DNA from: Spirochaetota bacterium
Lineage (GTDB): Bacteria > Spirochaetota > UBA4802 > UBA5550
Assembly: GCA_963663865.1 (NCBI GenBank)
Contig: OY760686.1
Coordinates: forward strand, 960,001 to 1,024,000
Direction of reading: 5' to 3'
Length of the DNA: 64,000 nucleotides
The translations under genes and the position numbers were made by a program. Each line of letters begins with the position of its first letter. The first letter of the stretch is position 1. Below are positions 8,665-18,499 of this stretch, piece by piece. The notes under the pieces are model-generated. The model did not search any database. It had not been told where the DNA came from and worked only from the letters and a program-made list of their open reading frames with translations.

Positions 8665-11286
8665 ATGGTAATGCCAGGATTTACCCGGGCCACATCGGGA
8701 CTGCCCGGCCTTGATGCCGTGCTGAACGGACTGCAGATGGGGGACAATGTTGTCCTGCAGGTTGACGATATTGCTGATTACGCCACGTTCGTGACGCCCT
8801 TTGTAAGCAGCGCGCTCGACAGCGGAAGACGTGTTGTATATATCCGCTTCGCGGGCCACGCCGAGCTTGTTAAGGACAAAAGAGCAAAGGTCTATGTTCT
8901 GGACGCGTCGAGGGGGTTCGAGGCATTTTCCACTGAGGTCCACAATATCGCGACAGAAGAGGGCCGCGGGGTTTTCTACGTCTTTGACTGCCTTTCCTGG
9001 CTGCTCGAGATATGGGCAACAGACCTTATGATCGGGAACTTCTTTGTCATAACCTGCCCCTATCTATTTGAGCTGAACACAATAGCTTATTTCGCGCTTA
9101 AGCGGGGAGATCACTCATTCAAAACAGTCGCCCGCATCAGGGAGACGACCCAGGTTCTTCTCGACGTATACAATAGCCGGAGCAGGCTCTGTGTCCATCC
9201 GCTTAAGGCCTGGAAGAGGTATTCTCCAACCATGTTCATGCCTCACATTATGGAGGGAGAGGCCTTCGTGCCTATACTCAACAGCGCCGAGGCAGCTGAC
9301 TTCTTTTCATATCTGGCGGATAAAAACCTGTCTGACGGGACGCGTAATCTTGACTACTGGGACCGAATCTTCATGAAAGCCTCGCAGATACAGCAGGAAA
9401 AACCTGAAAGCATAGAGGCATCTGAAATGGTAGATGTTCTTCTCCGCGTGATGATTGGACGCGAGGAGAGAATGCTTTCGCTCGCGGAGCGCTTCCTGAC
9501 ACTTGACGACCTTCTTGAAATACGTAAGAGGATGATAGGCACCGGTTTTATAGGAGGCAAGTCGACGGGCATGCTCCTGGCGCGTGCCATATTAAGGAAG
9601 AACAGCGCCTTTAACTGGAATGACCGCATCGAGATACATGACTCATTTTATATCGGCTCCGACATATTCTACTCGTACATAGTTCAGAACGGCTGGTGGC
9701 GGATGCTGATGACGCAGAAGACCGATGAGGGATACTTCGAAACGGCAGCCGAACTCGGCCGTAAAATGCTGACCGGGACATTCCCTGACGAGATAAGAGA
9801 GCAGTTCCAGCTCATGCTCGAGTATTACGGCCAGGCGCCGATTATTGTGCGCTCAAGCTCTCTGCTTGAGGACGCGTTCGGAAACGCCTTCGCGGGGAAG
9901 TACGAGAGCTTTTTTCTTGTAAACCAGGGCTCACCCGAAGAGAGATACGCCGCCTTCGAGGACGCTGTCAGAAAGGTCTACGCCTCGACCATGTCGCGGG
10001 ACGCTCTTGAATACAGGCTGAAAAGGGGCATGGCTCATCACGATGAGCAGATGTCGCTTCTCGTTATGAGGGTTTCTGGCGTTGTCAGAGGTTCGCTCTT
10101 CTATCCCGATATGGCCGGTGTCGGCCTGTCGAGGAATATATTTCTCTGGAGCGGCAAAATGTCTCCCGAAGCGGGAATGATCCGGATTGTATTTGGCCTG
10201 GGGACCCGCGCTGTGAACAGGGTGGAGTCCGATTATCCGCGCATAGCCGCGCTTGACGCGCCTCTTGTCAGGCCCTACAGCGGACTCCATGAGCTGAGCC
10301 GCTATTCCCAGAGACAGGCAGACGTTTTGGATATTGAACGGAACTCGTTTGAGTCAGTTGACTTAAAAGATCTGTTGGCGGGGGGATATGCGCCCGGGTG
10401 GCAGTATATCTTCTCTGTTGATCCGGCAGCGGCAGAGTTTCTCAGATCACGCGGGCGTGGAGACGAAGAAGCCAGGCTTGTAACCTTCGACGGGCTTCTC
10501 GGGGAGACTGATTTTACGGAACTCATGTCGGGCATGATGAAGGAGCTTGAACTCGGATATGGATATCCTGTTGATATTGAGTTTACCGGAAATTTTGCCG
10601 CTGACGGAAGGCTGATGGTTAACCTGCTGCAGTGCCGGCCGTTTCAGGGGACCGGAAATTCCGGGAGCCAGGTGATTCCAGAAAATATCCCGGCGGAGAA
10701 TGTCTTTATCCGCCAGAACGGCAATTTTATGGGAGGCAGCATCTCCAGACGTGTTGACAGGCTGATACTGGTAGACCCGGCCGCCTACTCGGCTTTGAAT
10801 GCCCAGGGAAAGCACGAAGCTGCCAGGGCCATCGGGAGGATCAACCGTCTGTGCGGGTCTCCGGGAGAAATGAACGTGATGCTGGCGGGTCCCGGAAGGT
10901 GGGGAACAACAACGCCGGCTATGGGAGTGCCGGTGAGATTCTCTGAGATCAATAATGTTTCTTTTATCGCGGAGGTTGCCTACAGACATGGCGACCTTGT
11001 TCCTGATTTGTCATACGGGACTCATTTTTTTCAGGATATGGTTGAGATGGAGATATTCTATATGGCCGTTTATCCGGAGGACGGGGAGTGTGAGTACAAT
11101 CTTTCTGTTCTGGAAGGAGTCCCGGATGTTATGGAGAAGCTTCTTCCCGGGGATTCAGCTTTCGCGGATGTAATCAAGGTCTATGATTTTGGCAAGAGCG
11201 GATGTAAGTCTCTGAGGATTGTCTCTGACGCGGTAAAGAGTTCAATGATATGCTTTTTTGAGGAAAACGCAGGGGCGGCATTATGA
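8665..11286 (+). CDS. PEP/pyruvate-binding (PPDK_N-like ATP-grasp) domain protein with a degenerate N-terminal RecA/KaiC-like domain
   Basis: IGGKSTGM, VRSSSLLED..AFAGKYES, GLGTRAV, PVDIEF and LLQCRP motifs; N-terminal TSGLPGLDAVLNGL; no phospho-His swivel motif seen. Confidence 0.85.
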   Translation: MVMPGFTRATSGLPGLDAVLNGLQMGDNVVLQVDDIADYATFVTPFVSSALDSGRRVVYIRFAGHAELVKDKRAKVYVLDASRGFEAFSTEVHNIATEEGRGVFYVFDCLSWLLEIWATDLMIGNFFVITCPYLFELNTIAYFALKRGDHSFKTVARIRETTQVLLDVYNSRSRLCVHPLKAWKRYSPTMFMPHIMEGEAFVPILNSAEAADFFSYLADKNLSDGTRNLDYWDRIFMKASQIQQEKPESIEASEMVDVLLRVMIGREERMLSLAERFLTLDDLLEIRKRMIGTGFIGGKSTGMLLARAILRKNSAFNWNDRIEIHDSFYIGSDIFYSYIVQNGWWRMLMTQKTDEGYFETAAELGRKMLTGTFPDEIREQFQLMLEYYGQAPIIVRSSSLLEDAFGNAFAGKYESFFLVNQGSPEERYAAFEDAVRKVYASTMSRDALEYRLKRGMAHHDEQMSLLVMRVSGVVRGSLFYPDMAGVGLSRNIFLWSGKMSPEAGMIRIVFGLGTRAVNRVESDYPRIAALDAPLVRPYSGLHELSRYSQRQADVLDIERNSFESVDLKDLLAGGYAPGWQYIFSVDPAAAEFLRSRGRGDEEARLVTFDGLLGETDFTELMSGMMKELELGYGYPVDIEFTGNFAADGRLMVNLLQCRPFQGTGNSGSQVIPENIPAENVFIRQNGNFMGGSISRRVDRLILVDPAAYSALNAQGKHEAARAIGRINRLCGSPGEMNVMLAGPGRWGTTTPAMGVPVRFSEINNVSFIAEVAYRHGDLVPDLSYGTHFFQDMVEMEIFYMAVYPEDGECEYNLSVLEGVPDVMEKLLPGDSAFADVIKVYDFGKSGCKSLRIVSDAVKSSMICFFEENAGAAL

Positions 11287-11345
11287 GACGGGGAAAGGCT
11301 GATTGCTGTCTAATCAGTTTTTTAAACCGGCATGGAGACTTATCC

Positions 11346-11379
11346 TTGACAAAAAATTAACATTAACGAAAAATTCACA
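11346..11379 (+). promoter_or_regulatory. Candidate Pho-box-like direct repeats / -35 element upstream of the phosphate transporter
   Basis: TTGACA(11346)/TTAACA(11357) and TTAACG(11363)/TTCACA(11374), each pair 11 bp apart. Confidence 0.4.
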
Positions 11380-11520
11380 GGTAAAGGGTTCTTTTTTACA
11401 TGCGGCGGATCTGTTTTACCGGCACATTAATAAAGCGTTTCAGGCGAAGAAACATTCTTCTGAGGAGTTTGTGCCGATCCGATTTCGACCGGTATACTCA
11501 TAAATAACGAGAATAATCCA

Positions 11521-13818
11521 ATGAACTTTTTCTCTTTTTCAGGATCGGTTAATGATGTCTACTTCATTATCCTGATTATCCTGTTCGCTCTCGCCATTTC
11601 CGATCTGGTTATCGGAGTATCCAACGACGCAGTAAATTTTCTAAATTCCGCGATAGGTTCAAGATCAGGCTCAAGGCGTCTCATACTCTGGGTTGCCGCC
11701 ATGGGGGTTGTCGGGGGGGCAGCATTCTCCGGCGGTATGATGGAGGTTGCCCGCAAGGGGATTTTTAACCCCGGCGCGTTTGTTTTCTCCGAGCTGATGG
11801 TCGTTTTTTTTGCCGTTATGATAACGGATATCGTCCTTCTTGATCTGTTTAACACTCTGGGTTTTCCTACTTCTACAACCGTTTCTATTGTATTCGAGTT
11901 GATGGGGGCCTCCGTTGCGATGGCAACAGTCAAGATTTTCGCTGCCGGAGATTCGCTGAACACAATGGGGACCTACATCAATACCGACAAGGCCCTTGCT
12001 ATTATAGCCGGTATTCTTTCTTCGGTGATTATTGCCTTTACTGTCTCCCTTGTTGTTCAAAAAATTGTGCGTTTCCTGTTTTCATTCAAATTTGAAATCA
12101 GGCTGAAGTATTTCGGATCGCTCTATGCCGGAATAGCGATAGCGGTTATAACGCATTTTATGATTGTAAAGGGAGCCAAGGGCGCGGCCTTTCTGTCAGC
12201 CGAAAAGGCCCAGTTTCTTTATGACAACATGATTGCTATTATGATTTACAGTATTATCGGCTGGACGGTTGTATTGCAGATGCTTAAAAGCCTGTTCAGG
12301 GTTGATGTTCTTAAGGTTGTTGTTTTGACCGGGACCTTCGCGCTTGCGTGGGCATTCGCGAGCAACGACCTTGTAAACTTTATCGGGGTACCTCTTGCCG
12401 GTTTTTCTTCATTTAAAGCCTGGATTGGTTCAGGCGCGGCACCGGAAACTCTGGGCATGGATTTCCTGTCCGGCCCGGTCAATGTTCCTGTCTACATGCT
12501 GCTTGGAGCGGGCCTTATTATGGCGACAACTCTGTTTTATTCAAGAAAAGCTCAGGCTGTTATGAAAACATCCCTTGACCTTTCAAGGCAGTCCGAGGGG
12601 GAAGAGAGGTTCGCCAGCTGGCCGCTGCCCAGAATCATTGTCGGGGTGTGCGTCAAGGGTTACCAGGTTGTTCAGAAGATCATTCCCGACAGGATTGAGC
12701 GCTTTGTTGCCAGACAGTTTGAGCAGCCTCCCGTAGATCAGTGTATTCCGGTTCACGAGAGGCCGGTGTTTGACAAGCTGCGTGCCGCGACGAATCTTCT
12801 TGTCGCGAGTGTCCTTATTTCTATAGGCACATCCTATAAATTGCCTTTATCGACTACATACGTGGTTTTTATGGTCGGAATGGGTACTTCTCTTGCTGAC
12901 AGGGCCTGGGGAAGGGAGTCGGCAGTTTACCGGATTTCGGGCGTATTCGCTGTTATCGGCGGCTGGTTCATGACAGCTCTGATAGCCTTTACCTGCGCGT
13001 TTATAGTAGCGAGGGTTATTGCCTGGGGCGGGTTCGGGGTAATTATGATCCTGTGTGTTGCCGCGCTTTTCCAGCTTGTCAGAACCCAGAGGATTTTCAG
13101 GCGTAAGGAGAAGGCTAAAAAGGTCTATGAAGAGGATGTGCATGAGCCTTTCTTTAACACCCAGAAGGTGCTTCACAGATGCACGGGCAAGACGATTAAG
13201 GCAATTGATTCGGTAATAAAGATATACCAGCTGTGTTTTGACGGATTCATTAACGGGGACAGGCAGATGCTGAAGGAGGCACTTGCCGAAACCGAGGAGT
13301 TCAATATCAGGGCAAAGAAGCAGAAGGACGGAGTTCTCAAGAATATTCACAGGCTGAATGAAGACTGTGTTGACACGGGCCACTTCTATGTTCAGGTCGC
13401 GGATTATCTGAGAGAGATGGCCCATTCAGTCAGGTACCTGGCCGAGCCGATATACAGCCATTATGACAACAGGCACAAGCCATTTACCTCTGAGCAGGCT
13501 GAGAGAATTACCAAGCTGAGAATGGAGCTTGAAGGCTTCTTCACTAAGGCCAGAAGCATTATTGAGTCAGAGGACTTTGATGAGATTGACAACCTCATCG
13601 ACGAGAGAAATGAGATAATTGCCATGCTGAAAGAGCTGGAGAAGATGCAGATAAGGCAGATAAAAAACAATGAGGTTTCCACAAGGAACTCAATGCTTTA
13701 TTTCAATATTGTTACTGAAACAAAGAACATACTGCTTCATCTGACGAATGCAATGAAGTCGCTGAGGGATTTTATTGTGCTGTCACAGTCGGAAATAACC
13801 CACGCTGAAAAAGAATAA
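11521..13818 (+). CDS. PiT-family inorganic phosphate transporter with C-terminal PhoU-like helical domain
   Basis: GVSNDAVNF, PTSTT, ASNDLVNF and PLSTT PHO4 motifs; long soluble helical C-terminus. Confidence 0.9.
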   Translation: MNFFSFSGSVNDVYFIILIILFALAISDLVIGVSNDAVNFLNSAIGSRSGSRRLILWVAAMGVVGGAAFSGGMMEVARKGIFNPGAFVFSELMVVFFAVMITDIVLLDLFNTLGFPTSTTVSIVFELMGASVAMATVKIFAAGDSLNTMGTYINTDKALAIIAGILSSVIIAFTVSLVVQKIVRFLFSFKFEIRLKYFGSLYAGIAIAVITHFMIVKGAKGAAFLSAEKAQFLYDNMIAIMIYSIIGWTVVLQMLKSLFRVDVLKVVVLTGTFALAWAFASNDLVNFIGVPLAGFSSFKAWIGSGAAPETLGMDFLSGPVNVPVYMLLGAGLIMATTLFYSRKAQAVMKTSLDLSRQSEGEERFASWPLPRIIVGVCVKGYQVVQKIIPDRIERFVARQFEQPPVDQCIPVHERPVFDKLRAATNLLVASVLISIGTSYKLPLSTTYVVFMVGMGTSLADRAWGRESAVYRISGVFAVIGGWFMTALIAFTCAFIVARVIAWGGFGVIMILCVAALFQLVRTQRIFRRKEKAKKVYEEDVHEPFFNTQKVLHRCTGKTIKAIDSVIKIYQLCFDGFINGDRQMLKEALAETEEFNIRAKKQKDGVLKNIHRLNEDCVDTGHFYVQVADYLREMAHSVRYLAEPIYSHYDNRHKPFTSEQAERITKLRMELEGFFTKARSIIESEDFDEIDNLIDERNEIIAMLKELEKMQIRQIKNNEVSTRNSMLYFNIVTETKNILLHLTNAMKSLRDFIVLSQSEITHAEKE

Positions 13819-13823
13819 TAAGC

Positions 13824-13857
13824 AGGGCCGTATCGGATATCAATCTGATACGGCCCT
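13824..13857. terminator. Hairpin between convergent pit and hisD genes
   Basis: AGGGCCGTATCGGAT / ATCTGATACGGCCCT 15-bp stem. Confidence 0.7.
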
Positions 13858-13879
13858 ATTGCTTATCAAGGTATTTTGC

Positions 13880-15175
13880 TTAATCTTCAAACCTGACGTT
13901 TATTGACCCGCCATGCTTGTCGTCAAAGCCCTCGGCTCCGGACATTATATTTACAGGCCCCCGCGCTTCTGAGAGCGCTTCTCGGTTCAGAAGCTGAAAG
14001 GTGGTCCTTCGGATGAAGGTGTCCACCGACGTGCCAGAGCTGAATCTGGCCGCGCCTCCCGTGGGCAGTATGTGGTTTGTTCCCGAGTAGTAGTCGCCGA
14101 CTGAAACCGGAGAATGGTCTCCAAGAAAGAGAGAGCCTACATTCCTTATTCTGTTAAGATATGCCATTGGATTTTTCACGGCGAATTCCATGTGCTCAGG
14201 GGCGTACCTGTTGGAGAACTCAATAGCTGATTCTACGTCAGGCATAACAATGATATCGGAACGCGTAAGGGCCTTCTTTTTTATTTCATGTCTGCCTGCA
14301 CCGGACTCAATATCCTTGATGATTTCTGCCTTTACGGCTTCAGCTTCGCGGATGTCTGTGGTGAGCAGAACAGCGGTTGCCATTTCCTCGTGCTCTGCCT
14401 GTGAAAGCAGGTCCCAGGCAATCCATTTTGGATCGGCTGATCCGTCGGATATTATCAGAACTTCGGAAGGTCCGGCAAGTGAATCAATCTGGATAAGGCC
14501 CAGGCTGAAAAGATATGTCTTTGCCGCTGTGACGTAGATGTTGCCCGGCCCCACTATAATATCCGATGCCGGAATAGTCTCCGTGCCCAGGCCTGCCGCG
14601 GCGATTCCCTGAGCGCCTCCGCTTTTAAGGACACGCGTGACACCGAGCATTTTACAGACCGCGCAGATAATATCAGGAACCATGCCGTCTTTGCCCGGAG
14701 GTGTGATTACGGTGATGTCTTCTGTTCCCGCGATTTTTGCAGGTATAACGCCCATCATCACGGATGAAGGGTAGGATGCCTTTCCTCCGGGAACATATAC
14801 GGCGGCCCGCTCAATGGCCTCGTACTTGACTCCGAGAGTTATTCCGTTTCTGTCGTACTGGATATCTTCCCTCTTTTGTCTTAAGTGGAATTCCTCGATG
14901 TTTTTTGCGGCCGCCGAGAAGGCTGACAGCAGTTCGCCGGGTGTGTTTTGAAAGCCCTTTTCAATTTCATCTGGCGTTGCAGTTATTGAGCTGATATCTA
15001 CACCGTCAAAGCGTGATGTGTACTTTTTTACCGCGCTGTCTCCGTTGCTCTTCACGTCCTGAACGATGGGGGCTACTGTATCTATCATGATTGAGCTGAA
15101 ATCGGTGCCGAAGCGGTTGAACAGACGGTCAAGGTCTGTTTTGTCAAGCTCAGTGTATTTTCTTATTTTGATCAT
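13880..15175 (-). CDS. hisD: Histidinol dehydrogenase
   Basis: Motifs YVPGGKASYPSS, GPGNIYV, AGPSEV, LLSQAEH, APEH and GTNHILPT. Confidence 0.98.
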   Translation of the reverse strand: MIKIRKYTELDKTDLDRLFNRFGTDFSSIMIDTVAPIVQDVKSNGDSAVKKYTSRFDGVDISSITATPDEIEKGFQNTPGELLSAFSAAAKNIEEFHLRQKREDIQYDRNGITLGVKYEAIERAAVYVPGGKASYPSSVMMGVIPAKIAGTEDITVITPPGKDGMVPDIICAVCKMLGVTRVLKSGGAQGIAAAGLGTETIPASDIIVGPGNIYVTAAKTYLFSLGLIQIDSLAGPSEVLIISDGSADPKWIAWDLLSQAEHEEMATAVLLTTDIREAEAVKAEIIKDIESGAGRHEIKKKALTRSDIIVMPDVESAIEFSNRYAPEHMEFAVKNPMAYLNRIRNVGSLFLGDHSPVSVGDYYSGTNHILPTGGAARFSSGTSVDTFIRRTTFQLLNREALSEARGPVNIMSGAEGFDDKHGGSINVRFED

Positions 15176-15314
15176 AAGGCGCCTCCGATATGTCAGAAAA
15201 ATTCTGTTTAACTTTGATATCCGTCAAGTAGTTTTATTTTGTGTTTGCCGCCCGGCGGGGCGACACGCTTTTTGGCAGGGAGCCTGTTCGTCTGTTTTGG
15301 TACTTTGTTTATTC

Positions 15315-15338
15315 GGGACGGTCTCGACCGTCCCCTAC
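15315..15338 (-). repeat. GTAG-type REP palindrome
   Basis: The minus strand reads GTAG-GGGACGGTC-GA-GACCGTCCC, the layout of RAYT-associated REPs. Confidence 0.6.
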
Positions 15339-15386
15339 CTCTGTTTATTATGCGAAGCGCACGTGCTTTTCATTTGCCGCTATGTT

Positions 15387-15665
15387 GCGTGATACACATT
15401 TTTGGAAGGGAGCCTGCATCCATTTTCATGCTGAGAGCGTGGTACTTATTTTGCCGCTTTTTGACCGGCCAAAAAGCGGCGGTAAAAAGCCGTTCCTCAG
15501 GCGCCGGAAAGGCTTAGCTTTTGAAGTTACTCGACCATTGCAGCGCCGTTATCATCATCCTGATGAAACGGCGCCCGGGCGATTTTCATCCGTGAAAATC
15601 GCACTGGTTGAGGTGTTGAAGTAGTGTGCCTGCAGTTTCTTAATTCCGCCATTATGTTCCTGGCG
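15387..15665. repeat. Structured ~280-bp repeat, left copy
   Basis: Colinear with 22707-22985 (roughly 85% identical by eye); several hairpins, e.g. GCCGCTTTTT-gaccggcc-AAAAAGCGGC. Confidence 0.9.
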
Positions 15666-15890
15666 ACGCATCGTAGTCGGCCGCGGAAAAGGGGCGAGTC
15701 TGTCTGAGTCTGCCGGTAGGCAGAGGAGTTACGAGCCCTCCGCAGATGACAAGATCAAGAAAGTTTGTTGCTAATACCAGAAAAGAAATACACACTTGCA
15801 TAAAGAGAAAACGTAACCTATGTCCTGAAACTGGACAAATTAAATATTGTTTTATTAACAATTTATATCAATAATCACAGGAAAAAAATA

Positions 15891-16619
15891 ATGCGTTTTG
15901 TTACTTATGTTATTTTTATAATACTGGCTATTACATTTATACTTTGCATTACTTCAAATGAAGCAATGAGTCAAAATAATATAAACTATGAAATTGGTAC
16001 CGAATGTGAAGTGCCAACTTTAATTCAATATGGAAATATTATACCGGGATTATTCAGCAATACATTGTATTTAGGTATTTCAAAGAATAGAGAAGATTCT
16101 TCTTCGCATGTATTTATGTTAACTTTTAATACTATGATTTATGAACTTGCAAATGTGAGGACAGAATTCGGATCAAGCAGAGACTGGTCTACTGCTGGAT
16201 TTGGTTGGACACCTGCTAATCTTTATTCGTGCGGATATGTTCTCACTGGACATAAATTAGAAAATAGTATAGTCATATTTTCTCCCGGGTTAGGTTATTC
16301 ATATAGCTTTAAAATTTATCAATTTTTTGAAATTTCATTGGGAATAAATTTTGGGATTTCATATGGTTGTGTAGATAAGCCGGAACTGAAAATTTCAGAA
16401 GATGAAGCTGTTGATAATTACAATAATCGATTAAGAGGATATGAGAAAATGAATGGAGTTAATAATCATTATGGATTCAGGAATAATGAAAAAATAAAAA
16501 TTTCATTTATAACAAACTCAATAAGATTGGGTATTAGCATTGGTTATTCTCATTATGTTTTCAGCCAAAATAATTTCAATTCATATGATATTGGGACTTT
16601 TTATTCAATAGTTTTTTAG
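15891..16619 (+). CDS. AT-rich exported hypothetical protein, possible outer-membrane beta-barrel
   Basis: N-terminal signal; alternating beta-strand patterns (GLGYSYSF, LGISIGYSHY); C-terminal YDIGTFYSIVF ending in Phe. Confidence 0.6.
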   Translation: MRFVTYVIFIILAITFILCITSNEAMSQNNINYEIGTECEVPTLIQYGNIIPGLFSNTLYLGISKNREDSSSHVFMLTFNTMIYELANVRTEFGSSRDWSTAGFGWTPANLYSCGYVLTGHKLENSIVIFSPGLGYSYSFKIYQFFEISLGINFGISYGCVDKPELKISEDEAVDNYNNRLRGYEKMNGVNNHYGFRNNEKIKISFITNSIRLGISIGYSHYVFSQNNFNSYDIGTFYSIVF

Positions 16620-16624
16620 TTTAA

Positions 16625-17239
16625 GGGCGGTTTGAAAAACTCAAGAATTAATTGCCAAAATGATTGGGCTAATTTAATGCTGTAATAATTAAATCTGAGT
16701 TTGAGCGAGAATAGACCATGTCAAAACACCGATCACTATTTGAATACGAAGAAAGGATGAATAAGCTGTCAGCGATAGGTGACCCCCTGGAAAAGTTGAA
16801 TGTATTTATTCCATGGGAAGAGATATTTTCTGGAGCTATGGCTAAGATAATTAAGTCAGCCGCCAAAGGTCCAGGCGGTCGTCCTGCGTATAGTTGTGAG
16901 ATGATGCTTAAAGTTCTTATTCTTCAACGTGTGTATAATCTGTCAGATGAGCAGGTTGAATTTCAGGTTAATGATCGTTTGTCATTTCAGAGATTTTTAG
17001 GCTTGGATATCAGTTCTTCCGTGCCAGACTACTCAACGATCTGGAAGTTTAGAGAAAAACTTGTTCACACAAATGCGATAGAAGAGATTTTTAGAAAGTT
17101 GATCAAATATATTGAGAAGCAGGGAATTGTGATGAAGAGCGGATCAATTGTTGACGCGACTTTTGTTGAGGTACCCCGGCAGAGGAATAGCCGTGAAGAC
17201 AACGAAAAGATAAAGAATGACGAGATACCATCTGACTGG
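16625..17239 (+). mobile_element. IS5-family element, 5' part only (transposase 16718-17242 truncated)
   Basis: GGRPAY...LILQRVYNLSDEQVE..VNDRLSFQRFLGL...VPDYSTIWKFRE and IVDAT motifs; likely left end GGGCGGTTTGAAAAACTC after TTAA; ORF cut exactly at the IS3 left end. Confidence 0.85.
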
Positions 17240-17309
17240 TGAACCTACCCCGAAAAAGTGGACACGAAGTTAGGCGAATTTAACGATAATAAACTTAACG
17301 GAGAAACCC

Positions 17310-17612
17310 ATGACTAACAGAAGAACGTATGATCGTCAATTCAAAATTGATGCAGTAAAATTACTGAAAGAGAGCGGCAAAACAGCTTCTGCGGTCGCCG
17401 ATAATCTGGGGATTAAATCTGATCTCTTGTCACGCTGGAAAAAGGAATTTGCCAATGAAACCAAAAAAGTTTTTCCAGGGAAAGGAAATCCGCGAGATGA
17501 AGAAATAACACGTTTGAAAAAAGAGAACGCAGATCTTCGTATGGAGCGTGATATATTAAAAAAAGCAATGGCCATCTTTTCACAACCCGAAAGGAGAAAT
17601 TCGAATTCATGA
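17310..17612 (+). CDS. IS3 transposase OrfA (HTH)
   Basis: RRTYDRQFKIDAVKL...VADNLGI...LSRWKK and LRMERDILKKAMAIF motifs. Confidence 0.92.
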   Translation: MTNRRTYDRQFKIDAVKLLKESGKTASAVADNLGIKSDLLSRWKKEFANETKKVFPGKGNPRDEEITRLKKENADLRMERDILKKAMAIFSQPERRNSNS

Positions 17613-18469
17613 AAAACAATGAATCGATTTATCCGGTGAAGAAGATGGCTGAAACATTTAGAATACCCAGAAGTCAATATTACAAATGGCTGAATTCAAA
17701 ACCTTGCTCTCGTGAGCTTCGAGATCAGGAATTACTTGTTATAATCAAAAAGAGTCATGAAGAAAGCAGAGAAACATACGGCAGCCCCAGGATCTTTAAA
17801 GATATTAAGAAGAAGTGAATCAAAACCTCAAAGAAACGAGTAGCTCGACTCATGCAAAGGAACGATCTTAAAGGTGCACAAAAACGCAAATTTAAGGTTA
17901 CTACCAATTCAGTTCATGAATATCCAGTGGCACCAAACCTTCTCAATAGGCAGTTTGATGTGCAGCAACCCAACACCTATTGGGTAAGCGATATCACCTA
18001 TATATGGACGATGGAAGGATGGCTGTATCTATCTGTTATAATTGACCTGTTCTCTCGAATGATTGTCGGATGGGCAATGGAGTCTCATATGCGGGCAGAG
18101 TTGGTAATTGATTCATTAAATATGGCTGTCACTCATCGCAATCCTGATGATGGATTAATATTCCATTCTGATCGGGGAACTCAATATGCCTGTGATGATT
18201 TTCGAACAGCACTTAAAGGATACGAGATGATTCAAAGCATGAGCCGGAAAGGTAACTGCTGGGACAATGCATGTGCTGAAAGCTTTTTTGCAACATTAAA
18301 GACTGAAGAAGTTTATCGTAGAAAATATAAAACCAGAGAGGAAGCAAGGTCTTACATATTTGAATATATAGCTGTTTTTTATAACAGAAAAAGACAGCAT
18401 TATTTTCTTGACTGTTTAAATCCTGTGGAATATGAAATAAATATGCTCAAACTTAAAAATGTTGTTTAA
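17609..18469 (+). pseudogene. IS3 transposase OrfB (DDE) with in-frame stop
   Basis: 17609-17818 and 17852-18469 are in the same frame, split by TGA at 17816-17818; WVSDITY, HSDRGTQY and DNACAESFF motifs present. Confidence 0.9.
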
Positions 18470-18499
18470 CTATCTGTCCTATAAATCGGGGGAGCTTCA

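Larger units (their letters stand above)
17240..18499 (+). mobile_element. IS3-family insertion sequence (1260 bp), decayed
   Basis: IRL TGAACCTACCCCGAAAAAGTGGACA; IRR reverse complement TGAAGCTCCCCCGATTTATAGGACA; TG...CA ends; orfA/orfB layout; no target duplication. Confidence 0.93.

Noticed and set aside
15239-15624. ORFs within the structured repeat (also 18453-19102 and 22444-23094)
   Set aside because: They lie in palindromic repeats, their frames are not conserved between copies, and they lack protein motifs.
17816-17818. In-frame TGA in IS3 orfB as recoding (Sec/Trp)
   Set aside because: TGA is used as a normal stop throughout the window; a nonsense mutation in a decaying IS is simpler.
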